From: Macrostomum lignano
Lineage: Eukaryota
Assembly: GCA_002269645.1 (NCBI GenBank)
Contig: NIVC01000251.1
Location: 434,001-498,000 of the forward strand
Direction of reading: 5' to 3'
Length of the DNA: 64,000 nt
Shown here: positions 29,201 to 39,586 of the stretch, piece after piece
Layout: every line of letters begins with the position of its first letter
Position numbering within the stretch: position 1 is the first letter of the stretch
The notes under the pieces: generated by a model
Databases searched by the model: none
What the model was told of the DNA's origin: nothing
The model's input: the letters and a program-made list of their open reading frames with translations, nothing else
Made by a program: the position numbers and the translations under genes

Positions 29201-32200
29201 GAATAATTCAAGGGCGATTCTAAGAATGATTCAAGGGCGATTCTAAGAATGATTCAATGGCGATTCTAAGAAAGGTTTAGGTACTTTTCTTAGAATGATT
29301 CAAGGGCGATTCTAAGAATGATTCAAGGGCGATTCTAAGAAAGGTTCAAGGGCGATTCTAAGAATGATTCAATGGCGATTCTAAGAATGATTCAAGGGCG
29401 ATTCTAAGAATAATTCAAGGGCGATTCTAAGAATGATTCAAGGGCGGTTCTAAGAATGATTCAAGGGCGATTTTAAAAATGATTCAAGGGCGATTCTAAG
29501 AATAATTCAAGGGCGATTCTAAGAATGATTCAAGGGCGATTCTAAGAATGATTCAAGGGCGATTCTAAGAATGATTCGAGGGCGATTCTAAGAATGATTC
29601 AAGGGCGATTTTAAGAATGATTCAAGGGCGATTCTAAGAATGATTCAAGGGCGATTCTAAGAATGATTCAAGGGCGATTCTAAGAATGATTCAAGGGCGA
29701 TTCTAAGAATGATTCAAGGGCGGTTCTAAGAATGATTCAAGGGCGATTCTAAGAATGATTCAAGGGCGGTTCTAAGAATGATTCAAGGGCGATTCTAAGA
29801 ATGATTCAAGGGCGGTTCTAAGAATGATTCAAGGGCGATTCTAAGAATGATTCAAGGGCGGTTCTAAGAATGATTCAAGGGCGGTTCTAAGAATGATTCA
29901 AGGGCGGTTCTAAGAATGATTCAAGGGCGGTTCTGAGAATGATTCAAGGGCGATTCTGAGAATGATTCAAGGGCGGTTCTAGGAATGATTCAAGGGCGGT
30001 TCTAAGAATGATTCAAGGGCGGTTCTAAGAATGATTCAAGGGCGATTCTAAGAATGATTCAAGGGCGGTTCTAAGAATGATTCAAGGGCGGTTCTAAGAA
30101 TGATTCAAGGGCGGTTCTAGGAATGATTCAAGGGCGGTTCTAAGAATGATTCAAGGGCGGTTCTAAGAATGATTTAAGGGCGGTTCTAAGAATGATTCAA
30201 GGGCGATTCTAAGAATGATTAAGGGCGGTTCCAAGAATGATTCAAGGGCGGTTCTGAGAATGATTCAAGGGCGATTCTGAGAATGATTCAAGGGCGGTTC
30301 TAAGAATGATTCAAGGGCGGTTCTAAGAATGATTCAAGGGCGGTTCTAAGAATGATTTAAGGGCGGTTCTAAGAATGATTCAAGGGCGATTCTAAGAATG
30401 ATTAAGGGCGGTTCCAAGAATGATTCAAGGGCGGTTCTAGGAATGATTCAAGGGCGGTTCTAAGAATGATTCAAGGGCAATTCTAAGAATGATTCAAGGG
30501 CGATTCTAAGAATGACTCAAGGGCGATTCTAAGAAAGTTTCAAGGGTGATTCTAAGAAAGTTTCAAGGGTGATTCTAAGAATGATTCAAGGGCGATTCTA
30601 AGAATGATTCAAGGGCGGTTCTAAGAATGATTCAAGGGCGATTCTAAGAATGATTCAAGGGCGATTCTAAGAATGACTCAAGGGCGATTCTAAGAAAGTT
30701 TCAAGGGTGATTCTAAGAATGATTCAAGGGCGATTCTAAGAATGATTCAAGGGCGGTTCTAAGAATGATTCAAGGGCGATTCTAAGAATGATTCAAGGGC
30801 GATTCTAAGAATGATTCAATGGCGATTCTAAGAATGATTCAAGGGCGATTCTAAGAATAATTCAAGGGCGATTCTAAGAATGATTCAAGGGCGGTTCTAA
30901 GAATGATTCAAGGGCGATTTTAAAAATGATTCAAGGGCGATTCTAAGAATAATTCAAGGGCGATTCTAAGAATGATTCAAGGGCGATTCTAAGAATGATT
31001 CAAGGGCGATTCTAAGAATGATTCGAGGGCGATTCTAAGAATGATTCAAGGGCGATTTTAAGAATGATTCAAGGGCGATTCTAAGAATGATTCAAGGGCG
31101 ATTCTAAGAATGATTCAAGGGCGATTCTAAGAATGATTCAAGGGCGATTCTAAGAATGATTCAAGGGCGGTTCTAAGAATGATTCAAGGGCGATTCTAAG
31201 AATGATTCAAGGGCGGTTCTAAGAATGATTCAAGGGCGATTCTAAGAATGATTCAAGGGCGGTTCTAAGAATGATTCAAGGGCGATTCTAAGAATGATTC
31301 AAGGGCGGTTCTAAGAATGATTCAAGGGCGGTTCTAAGAATGATTCAAGGGCGGTTCTAAGAATGATTCAAGGGCGGTTCTGAGAATGATTCAAGGGCGA
31401 TTCTGAGAATGATTCAAGGGCGGTTCTAGAATGATTCAAGGGCGGTTCTAAGAATGATTCAAGGGCGGTTCTAAGAATGATTCAAGGGCGATTCTAAGAA
31501 TGATTCAAGGGCGGTTCTAAGAATGATTCAAGGGCGGTTCTAAGAATGATTCAAGGGCGGTTCTAGAATGATTCAAGGGCGGTTCTAAGAATGATTCAAG
31601 GGCGGTTCTAAGAATGATTTAAGGGCGGTTCTAAGAATGATTCAAGGGCGATTCTAAGAATGATTAAGGGCGGTTCCAAGAATGATTCAAGGGCGGTTCT
31701 GAGAATGATTCAAGGGCGATTCTGAGAATGATTCAAGGGCGGTTCTAAGAATGATTCAAGGGCGGTTCTAAGAATGATTCAAGGGCGGTTCTAAGAATGA
31801 TTTAAGGGCGGTTCTAAGAATGATTCAAGGGCGATTCTAAGAATGATTAAGGGCGGTTCCAAGAATGATTCAAGGGCGGTTCTAGAATGATTCAAGGGCG
31901 GTTCTAAGAATGATTCAAGGGCAATTCTAAGAATGATTCAAGGGCGATTCTAAGAATGACTCAAGGGCGATTCTAAGAAAGTTTCAAGGGTGATTCTAAG
32001 AAAGTTTCAAGGGTGATTCTAAGAATGATTCAAGGGCGATTCTAAGAATGATTCAAGGGCGGTTCTAAGAATGATTCAAGGGCGATTCTAAGAATGATTC
32101 AAGGGCGATTCTAAGAATGACTCAAGGGCGATTCTAAGAAAGTTTCAAGGGTGATTCTAAGAATGATTCAAGGGCGATTCTAAGAATGATTCAAGGGCGG

Positions 32201-33010
32201 TTCTAAGAATGATTCAAGGGCGATTCTAAGAATGATTCAAGGGCGATTCTAAGAATGATTCAAGGGCGATTCTAAGAATGATTCAAGGGCGATTCTAAGA
32301 ATGATTCAAGGGCGATTCTAAGAAAGTTTCAAGGGCGATTCTAAGAATGATTCAAGGGCGATTCTAAGAAAGTTTCAAGGGCGATTCTAAGAATGATTCA
32401 AGGGCGATTCTAAGAATGATTCAAGGGCGGTTCCAAGAATGATTCAAGGGCGGTTCTAAGAATGATTCAAGGGCGATTCTAAGAAAGTTTCAAGGGCGAT
32501 TCTAAGAAAGTTTCAAGGGCGATTCTAAGAAAGTTTCAAGGGCGATTCTAAGAAAGTTTCAAGGGCGATTCTAAGAATGATTCAAGGGCGATTCTAAGAA
32601 TGATTAGAGCGATTCTAAGAATGATTCAAGGGCGATTCTAAGAAAGTTTCAAGGGCGATTCTAAGAAATGTTCAGGGGCGATTCTAAAAAAAAAGTTTCA
32701 AGGGCGATTCTAAGAAAGTTTCAAGGGCGATTCTAAGAAAGTTTCAAGGGCGATTCTAAGAAATGTTCAGGGACTATTCTTAGAATGATTCAAGGGCGAT
32801 TCTAAGAAAGTTTCAAGGGCGATTCTAAGAAAGTTTCAAGGGCGATTCTAAGAAAGTTTCAAGGGCGATTCTAAGAAATGTTCAGGGACTATTCTTAGAA
32901 TGATTCAAGGGCGATTCTAAGAAAGTTTCAAGGGCGATTCTAAGAAAGTTTCAAGGGCGATTCTAAGAAAGTTTCAAGGGCGATTCTAAGAAATGATTCA
33001 GGGACTATTA
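26280..33010. repeat. 6.7-kb 23-bp satellite TTCTAAGAATGATTCAAGGGCGR (~290 copies) with higher-order repeats
   Basis: Direct inspection; variant units recur at 621, 1955 and 1447 bp spacings. Confidence 0.98.
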
Positions 33011-34147
33011 CTATAATGATTCAAAATTATATTGCCAGACAGTGCAACTGAAAGAAAAACCATACGCATACCGCGTGAATCTAAATAATTTAACAAACTC
33101 ACTTGCTTAAAAAACCGGCATGATTTTGTTTAGCACAGAACGATGAAACAACCTGGCACAGGTAATTAATAATTAATTAATTATTGTGATTGAGAGCTGG
33201 ATAACAAAAACCTAATATTTTAAAATCATATTTTTAAGAAACGGAGAACATATTGAAGCTAAAAGGTTATAAGAAAATTATTTTTAGTTTTAAATGCCTT
33301 ATTAAGAGATATTATTCCTAGATAATAAAAAAAGCTGAATAAAACGCAAATGATAAAAAAATGTTCGAGAGACACTACTTAAGTAGTGTTGGCCCGGTAA
33401 GCAGACAAAATGCTAAATATTTTTATAGATTAATTATTGTTAGCTAGTAAACAGGTTGCATCATGAAATTTTAACAGACAGAGCAATATATCGCGCACTA
33501 CTTGCTAGTAGCATCGTGTTTGCAGAATGCTAAACATTATTTCTGTTTTTCGTCTTCTAAAACCGTACAAATGAATGAAACAACAATTGAGAGAACATTT
33601 TTTTCCAGACTATTATGTCGTCTGATTTTTTGTTACGTTTCTTTGTTTCTCATTTCACAATGTTTTGTTTTTCAACGCCAGCAAAATTATTACACACACA
33701 GAGACAAATATGCCTACTAATAACAGGCAGCAAAGTAAGTAGTATTTAGTGCGAGAATGATTACAATAAAAATTACGATTTTGTTGGACTGGAACAAGAA
33801 ACGAAACAGAAAAAAACCGGCACATTGAAAAGATGACTTAAACCTTGAGACTGGGGTGACAAGTTGCTCAAGTTTCATTGAGTTTTGAATTGTTTAAAAA
33901 ATTGACACGCAATTAATTATAATTCATATTATTATAGCTAAAACACGACAACAGACAAGTAAGAATTTACTATTATTATTTAATTTGTTTAAACTGTATA
34001 AAAGACAGCGACACTGGTATTTTCAGCTCGATACAAACGCAACTAACAGCAAAGCAATTCAAGGTTTTGATAACCGTCAGTTATTAACTACAGGTACCGG
34101 GGGTGCTGGATGTACTTTTATTTTTAGAGAAAAAAAGAGGTTTTCCT

Positions 34148-34861
34148 TCACTCAGCAGCGGCAGCAGCGGCGGTGTACTTGTCCAGCTCCGCGTCAAGAT
34201 CTTCTTTGCTGGGCACCGGCTGCCTGCCACCGCCGCCGCCCCGACCTCCGCCGCGACCGCCGCGACCTCCTCGAGCAGCGCCGCGACCACCGCCTCGACC
34301 TCCGCGGTTGGCGAAACCGCCACTACCGCCGGTGCCACCACCGCGTCGCTGCTGCTGAGGCTGTTGAAGCACCCGACGCCCGCCAGTCATTCCGCCGCCG
34401 CCGCCACCTCCGACAAGTTCAATTCGCATCGGCCGGCCGTCAAGCGGCACGCCATTGTACTGATTGAAAGCCTTAGCGGCACTTTGCTGCCGGTCAAAGT
34501 ACACATCAGCTGTGCCCAACGATCTGCCCGAACGATCGTAATGAATTGTAGTTTTCTTAACCCGACCGAATTCGGAGAACAATTCGAACAAATCGGAATC
34601 CGTGACGCCAAAGTCTAGATTAGAGATTAACAATTTGCCAGTCTGCTGTTGAGATTGCATCGGCTGATTTGATGGGGCATTGTTAGCGGAAGCTGGACGA
34701 CGCCATTCGCGCTTTTGTACGCCGCCGCCTCCGCGGATGCCGCCGCCAGCGCCGCCACCGCCCCCAGCACCTCGACGGGCTCCGCCGCGGCCGCGGCCAC
34801 GACCGGCGGGCTTTGTCATCTTGATGATGTCATCTAAGCTAAGAGCGATTTTATCGGGCAT
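34148..34861 (-). CDS. ALYREF: THO complex subunit 4 / ALYREF mRNA export adaptor (237 aa, intronless CDS)
   Basis: N-terminal UBM (DKIALSLDDII), RGG tracts, RRM (KLLISNLDFGVTDSDLFELFSEFG...HYDRSGRSLGTADV...QYNGVPLDGRPMRIEL), C-terminal UBM (SKEDLDAELDKY). Confidence 0.96.
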   Translation of the reverse strand: MPDKIALSLDDIIKMTKPAGRGRGRGGARRGAGGGGGAGGGIRGGGGVQKREWRRPASANNAPSNQPMQSQQQTGKLLISNLDFGVTDSDLFELFSEFGRVKKTTIHYDRSGRSLGTADVYFDRQQSAAKAFNQYNGVPLDGRPMRIELVGGGGGGGMTGGRRVLQQPQQQRRGGGTGGSGGFANRGGRGGGRGAARGGRGGRGGGRGGGGGRQPVPSKEDLDAELDKYTAAAAAAE

Positions 34862-34979
34862 GTTGATTGATTGATTGATTTAGTATGACGGTCTTTGTTC
34901 GAATGAGAGGTTAGGTTGGCTGCGCTTGCTGAAAAGTATCAACAGAAATATTAATCAAAATATGAATTATTAATTTATA

Positions 34980-35605
34980 GACAAGCTAAATACCCCCTAT
35001 ATGATGGATACAGGAGCTAAATACCCCACTATATGATGGACACAGAAGCTAAATACCCCACTATATGATGGATACAGAAGCTAAATACCCCGCAGTATGA
35101 TGGATACAGAAGCTAAATACCCCACTATATGATGGACACAGAAGCTAAATACCCCGCAGTATGATGGATACAGAAGCTAAATACCCCGCAGTATGATGGA
35201 TACAGGAGCTAAATACCCCACTATATGATGGATACAGGAGCTAAATACCCCACTATATGATGGACACAGGAGCTAAATACCCCACTATATGATAGACACA
35301 GGAGCTAAATACCCCACTATATGATGGACACAGGAGCTAAATACCCCACTATATGATGGATACAGAAGCTAAATACCCCACTATATGATGGACACAGAAG
35401 CTAAATACCCCGCAGTATGATGGACACAGAAGCTAAATACCCCACTATATGATGGACACAGAAGCTAAATACCCCGCAGTATGATGGATACAGAAGCTAA
35501 ATACCCCGCAGTATGATGGACACAGAAGCTAGATACCCCACAACAGGATAGACCCAGAAGCTAAATACCTAAATATCCCACAATATGATGAACACAGAAG
35601 CTAAA
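34980..35605. repeat. 32-bp minisatellite AGCTAAATACCCCACTATATGATGGAYACAGR between RPS15 copy A and ALYREF
   Basis: Direct inspection. Confidence 0.95.
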
Positions 35606-35763
35606 TACCACATTACAATAGCAAGGATAAAGGACCTAAATGAAGACAGAGACAATCATTGTTCCAAGCCAAGAATACCCTTCAACTCTGTTTATTTCGG
35701 CATTAAAAAACACTTGAAATTTGAATCTCCGACAGTTTTAAAAGTACATTGCTCATGAGATCC

Positions 35764-36198
35764 CTACTTCAGCGGGATGAACCGAGAGCTGTGAGTAGCG
35801 CCAATACCCGGTCGGCCATGCTTCACAGGCTTGTAGGTGAGCGAGAACTCTCCCAGGTAGTGCCCAATCATGTCCGGTTTCACTTCAACAGCATTGAAAG
35901 TCTTGCCGTTGTACACGCCAACAATGGAGCCGACCATCTCGGGCAGCACAGGCATGTTGCGCAGGTGAGTCTTGACAGTTGCGGGCTTCTCACCAACAAC
36001 GCATTCCTTCTTAGCCTTGCGCAGCCGCTTCAGCAGAGACTGGTGCTTGCGCTTCAGGCCTCGGTTGAGGCGGCGCCGAATTCTGCAGGTGGCCAACTCG
36101 GAGAACTGATCGATGCTCATGTCCAGCAGCTGGTCCAGCTCCACTCCGCGGTAATAGTACTTGCGGAAGGTCCTGCTCTTTTTCTGGTCGTCAGCCAT
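35764..36198 (-). CDS. RPS15: 40S ribosomal protein S15 (uS19), copy A
   Basis: 144 aa: [19 protein letters not shown]...VKTHLRNM...[15 protein letters not shown]...[41 protein letters not shown] on the minus strand at 35691-35696. Confidence 0.98.
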   Translation of the reverse strand: MADDQKKSRTFRKYYYRGVELDQLLDMSIDQFSELATCRIRRRLNRGLKRKHQSLLKRLRKAKKECVVGEKPATVKTHLRNMPVLPEMVGSIVGVYNGKTFNAVEVKPDMIGHYLGEFSLTYKPVKHGRPGIGATHSSRFIPLK

Positions 36199-36904
36199 TG
36201 GTTAGACATGCAAGAGAATGGGATCAATGTGGAAATGTGTACACTTCGCGTGAGCTTGTGCCTGCCAAGGACTACTAAAGTGGACAGACGGGAAACTGCC
36301 GGCTTCTCCAAACGAAAAAATACACTACGGTGATAGGAAGTTTTTTTTCAGAACAATTTTTGTCCTGAAAAAATGAAAACTTCCTATTTCCGTAGTGTAT
36401 TTGCCTGAATCCCAAAGTTTTCCAAGAATCGCGGCTTCTCGTCCTACTACCCGAGTAGTCTGAGGTGCCTGCTTGGGGGGGGGGGGGCACTTTACGTTGG
36501 CTGTGGGTGAACTAATTAAAAATATTTTAATACCCCCTTAGAAAGAGTCAACAAAACAACTGCTTTGGATTTCGAAGTGTTCCTATTTCGGTAATAATGA
36601 TATTAAACCTTAAACCTTGGGAAAAGAAACAGAAAATCAATAAATACAACAATGGAAAAACTCAAGCCAACACCAAAATTAGGCTGGTTTTATTTTAAGT
36701 TTCGCCAAAATGCGAAAAAAATTCCGAAACTGATTTAACTAATTCAAGTTTTTTTCAACGCGACACTACTGGCGGACACGATATTTCGCCATTTTGACAG
36801 TTATTATTACTGTTCAATCAGATTTTAAACTCAAGATTGCCGCGGACACAAAATAACTATTATTCAATGCCAGGAAAATGCTTCAGTTCAAAAAATCGCT
36901 AGTC

Positions 36905-38137
36905 TTAAGCGTCAGCAGGTACACGTTTGTTGCTTTTCTTTTTCTGCTTCTGCGGCCGACCGCCTTTCTTCTTGTCGGCAGTCTTCTGCTTTTGCTCAGT
37001 GCTAGCACTCTTGGAAATTTTGCCTATCTCTTTTCTCTTGTTCTTTGACTGCTTTAACTTCTTCTCAGCTTGAGCAGTCTTGGCCTTGGTGGTCTTCTTC
37101 TTCTTACCAGCTTTGGACAGCAACTCTTGGTCCCAGAGACTAGCGCTTAGCTCAGCCAGGTCTTTATCCAAATCTCTGGCTTCCTTTTTCTTTGTTGTCT
37201 TCGCCAAATCGGCGCCGCTAGCAGTCTTTGTAGCGGCTGGATCGGCGACAAAGATTGGCACATTGCCGCAAGACGGATAGCGCAGATACAAACCGGCAAT
37301 TGACAAGCCGTATTGACTAGCAAGTCTCTGAGCTGACTGTTGACAAGCTGACACAATGTTAGCTAATAGTCGCTGGTCTTCATCCAATCGATCTTTGTCA
37401 CTACTACTGCTACCCCGCGATAGCGGAGTCATCTGGCCGACCAAGCAAGACAAAGTGCTACCATTCAAACAGACTCTAACGCAGCGCAGAGCGCGTTCAA
37501 TTTCAGCGGACAAATTCTTTGCTTCCAAATCGATAGGCATAGGCAATTTCCGCCTATTCTTAGCGCCAAACTGTTTGCCAAGCTTATTGCCTAATCGGTG
37601 CACAATGGTCCGATCGGCTAAGAAGTAATCGTAGGCATAGCAGAGCCTACGCTTAGCCTCGTGAGGCATGTAAGCCACGGTCAGTTCGCGCAGAGGCAGC
37701 ACCGTTAGACTGGCTTTAACGCCGCAAGATTTCAACAGTTCAGCGTAATGCGCCGATGTAGCATCATAATCTGCCGGAGCTCTTGGCAAATCTTTTGTGA
37801 TAAGACAACCGGATTCTGTGTCCGGACAGTGCACCAAGTTTGGCAGCGTCAAGATTATCGTGTTACCATCCGAGGATTTGATGGATTTCGCTTCTGATGA
37901 CAAGGTAATAGTGAGCAATAACTCGGACGGTTCAAACAACTGAAGACTCTTTTTAATATTATTGGGAGTTCTATAACAAATAGCGCCGTTAGCAACGGAA
38001 GCTAGTCGAACTGTGCGCAGAGCGTTCGAAGCTCGTTTAGTAAGTTCGTCCTGCGTCAAGGGTAGCGAATGCTGAAGTTGTTCAGCTGCCGGAGGCTGGG
38101 CAGCCTTGACAGATGTTGCTTGCTGGTTCTTGCTCAT
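36905..38137 (-). CDS. RSL1D1: Ribosomal L1 domain-containing protein 1 (RSL1D1/Cic1/Utp30-like), 410 aa, intronless
   Basis: CLITKD; LPLRELTVAYMPHEAKRRLCYAYDYFLADRTI; LGKQF...KLPMPIDLEAKNLSAEIERAL pattern of the L1-like domain; Lys-rich nucleolar-type C-terminal tail. Confidence 0.85.
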   Translation of the reverse strand: MSKNQQATSVKAAQPPAAEQLQHSLPLTQDELTKRASNALRTVRLASVANGAICYRTPNNIKKSLQLFEPSELLLTITLSSEAKSIKSSDGNTIILTLPNLVHCPDTESGCLITKDLPRAPADYDATSAHYAELLKSCGVKASLTVLPLRELTVAYMPHEAKRRLCYAYDYFLADRTIVHRLGNKLGKQFGAKNRRKLPMPIDLEAKNLSAEIERALRCVRVCLNGSTLSCLVGQMTPLSRGSSSSDKDRLDEDQRLLANIVSACQQSAQRLASQYGLSIAGLYLRYPSCGNVPIFVADPAATKTASGADLAKTTKKKEARDLDKDLAELSASLWDQELLSKAGKKKKTTKAKTAQAEKKLKQSKNKRKEIGKISKSASTEQKQKTADKKKGGRPQKQKKKSNKRVPADA

Positions 38138-38264
38138 TTTGGCGACTGAAATTTAAGTGGAGGGATAATTATCAATCGGGTAGAGTAATTATAATCCATA
38201 AACTAAGAAGAAATTTATTCCTAATGTGCAGAGGGAAATTTTCGATGAGAGTAGATAGAGGGTA

Positions 38265-38720
38265 GTTATCGGTAAGATAGAGGGTAGTTATCGGTAAGAT
38301 AGAGAGGGTAGTTATCGGTAAGATAGAGAGGGTAGTTATCGGTAAGATAGAGAGGGTAGTTATCGGTAAGATAGAGAGGGTAGTTATCGGTAAGATAGAG
38401 AGGGTAGTTATCGGTAAGATAGAGAGGGTAGTTATCGGTAAGATAGAGAGGGTAGTTATCGGTAAGATAGAGAGGGTAGTTATCGGTAAGATAGAGAGGG
38501 TAGTTATCGGTAAGATAGAGAGGGTAGTTATCGGTAAGATAGAGAGGGTAGTTATCGGTAAGATAGAGAGGGTAGTTATCGGTAAGATAGAGAGGGTAGT
38601 TATCGGTAAGATAGAGAGGGTAGTTATCGGTAAGATAGAGAGGGTAGTTATCGGTAAAATAGAGAGCGTAGTTATCGATAAGATAGAGGGTAGTTATCGG
38701 TAAGATAAAGAGAGTAGTTA
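38265..38720. repeat. 24-bp minisatellite GATAGAGAGGGTAGTTATCGGTAA between RPS15 copy B and RSL1D1
   Basis: 8-aa periodicity TDNYPLYL; near-perfect copies. Confidence 0.96.
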
Positions 38721-39151
38721 TCAAGAAGATAAAGGGAAATAAACGATAATTTAGAGATGCACTTATCGATGAGAGAGGAAATTTATCGATAATATAGAGA
38801 TGCAGTTATCGATAAGTTGAAGAGGGTAGTTATCGATAAGTTGAAGAGGGTAGTTATCGATAAGGTAGAGAGGTAATCATATGTAAGGAGTAAACCTTAT
38901 AAACAATCTAATATACTAAATAATAGTTCTAAGGTAGAAAACTCGAAGCAAAAAGTCAAAGACAAAACAAAAATATTCCAAGCTATTAAACTGTTAGTCG
39001 ATCAAACTGATCGATATATTATTTTTTTCCAATTCACTGATCAAACTCAACAAAACCGTTATTATCTGGCCAAGAATTCACCGCCAAAGCCTTCTAACTA
39101 ACAGAAAATCACACTCGCAGTTTTCAGTCTCTTTCCAGCTAGCAGCAAAGC

Positions 39152-39586
39152 TCACTTCAGCGGGATAAACCGAGAGCTGTGAGTAGCACCAATACCCGGT
39201 CGGCCGTGCTTCACAGGCTTGTAGGTGAGCGAGAACTCTCCCAGGTAGTGCCCAATCATATCCGGTTTCACTTCAACAGCATTGAAAGTCTTGCCGTTGT
39301 ACACGCCAACAATGGAGCCGACCATCTCGGGCAGCACAGGCATGTTGCGCAGGTGAGTCTTGACAGTTGCGGGCTTCTCACCAACAACGCATTCCTTCTT
39401 AGCCTTGCGCAGCCGCTTCAGCAGAGACTGGTGCTTGCGCTTCAGGCCTCGGTTGAGGCGGCGGCGAATCCTGCAGGTGGCCAACTCGGAGAACTGATCG
39501 ATGCTCATGTCCAGCAGCTGGTCCAGCTCCACTCCGCGGTAATAGTACTTGCGGAAGGTCCTGCTCTTCTTCTGGTCGTCAGCCAT
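39152..39586 (-). CDS. RPS15: 40S ribosomal protein S15 (uS19), copy B, protein identical to copy A
   Basis: Same 144-aa translation; differs from copy A by 7 synonymous substitutions plus the stop codon (TGA vs TAG) by my manual comparison. Confidence 0.98.
   Translation of the reverse strand: MADDQKKSRTFRKYYYRGVELDQLLDMSIDQFSELATCRIRRRLNRGLKRKHQSLLKRLRKAKKECVVGEKPATVKTHLRNMPVLPEMVGSIVGVYNGKTFNAVEVKPDMIGHYLGEFSLTYKPVKHGRPGIGATHSSRFIPLK

Noticed and set aside
26280-33010. CRISPR-like array (regular short repeats with a partly palindromic core)
   Set aside because: Head-to-tail monomers with no unique spacers, no cas genes, eukaryotic context.
33985-34874. Plus-strand ORFs overlapping ALYREF; similar ones opposite RPS15, PLBD1 and the Gly-rich gene
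   Set aside because: Antisense shadows of GC-rich coding sequence with no independent homology cues.
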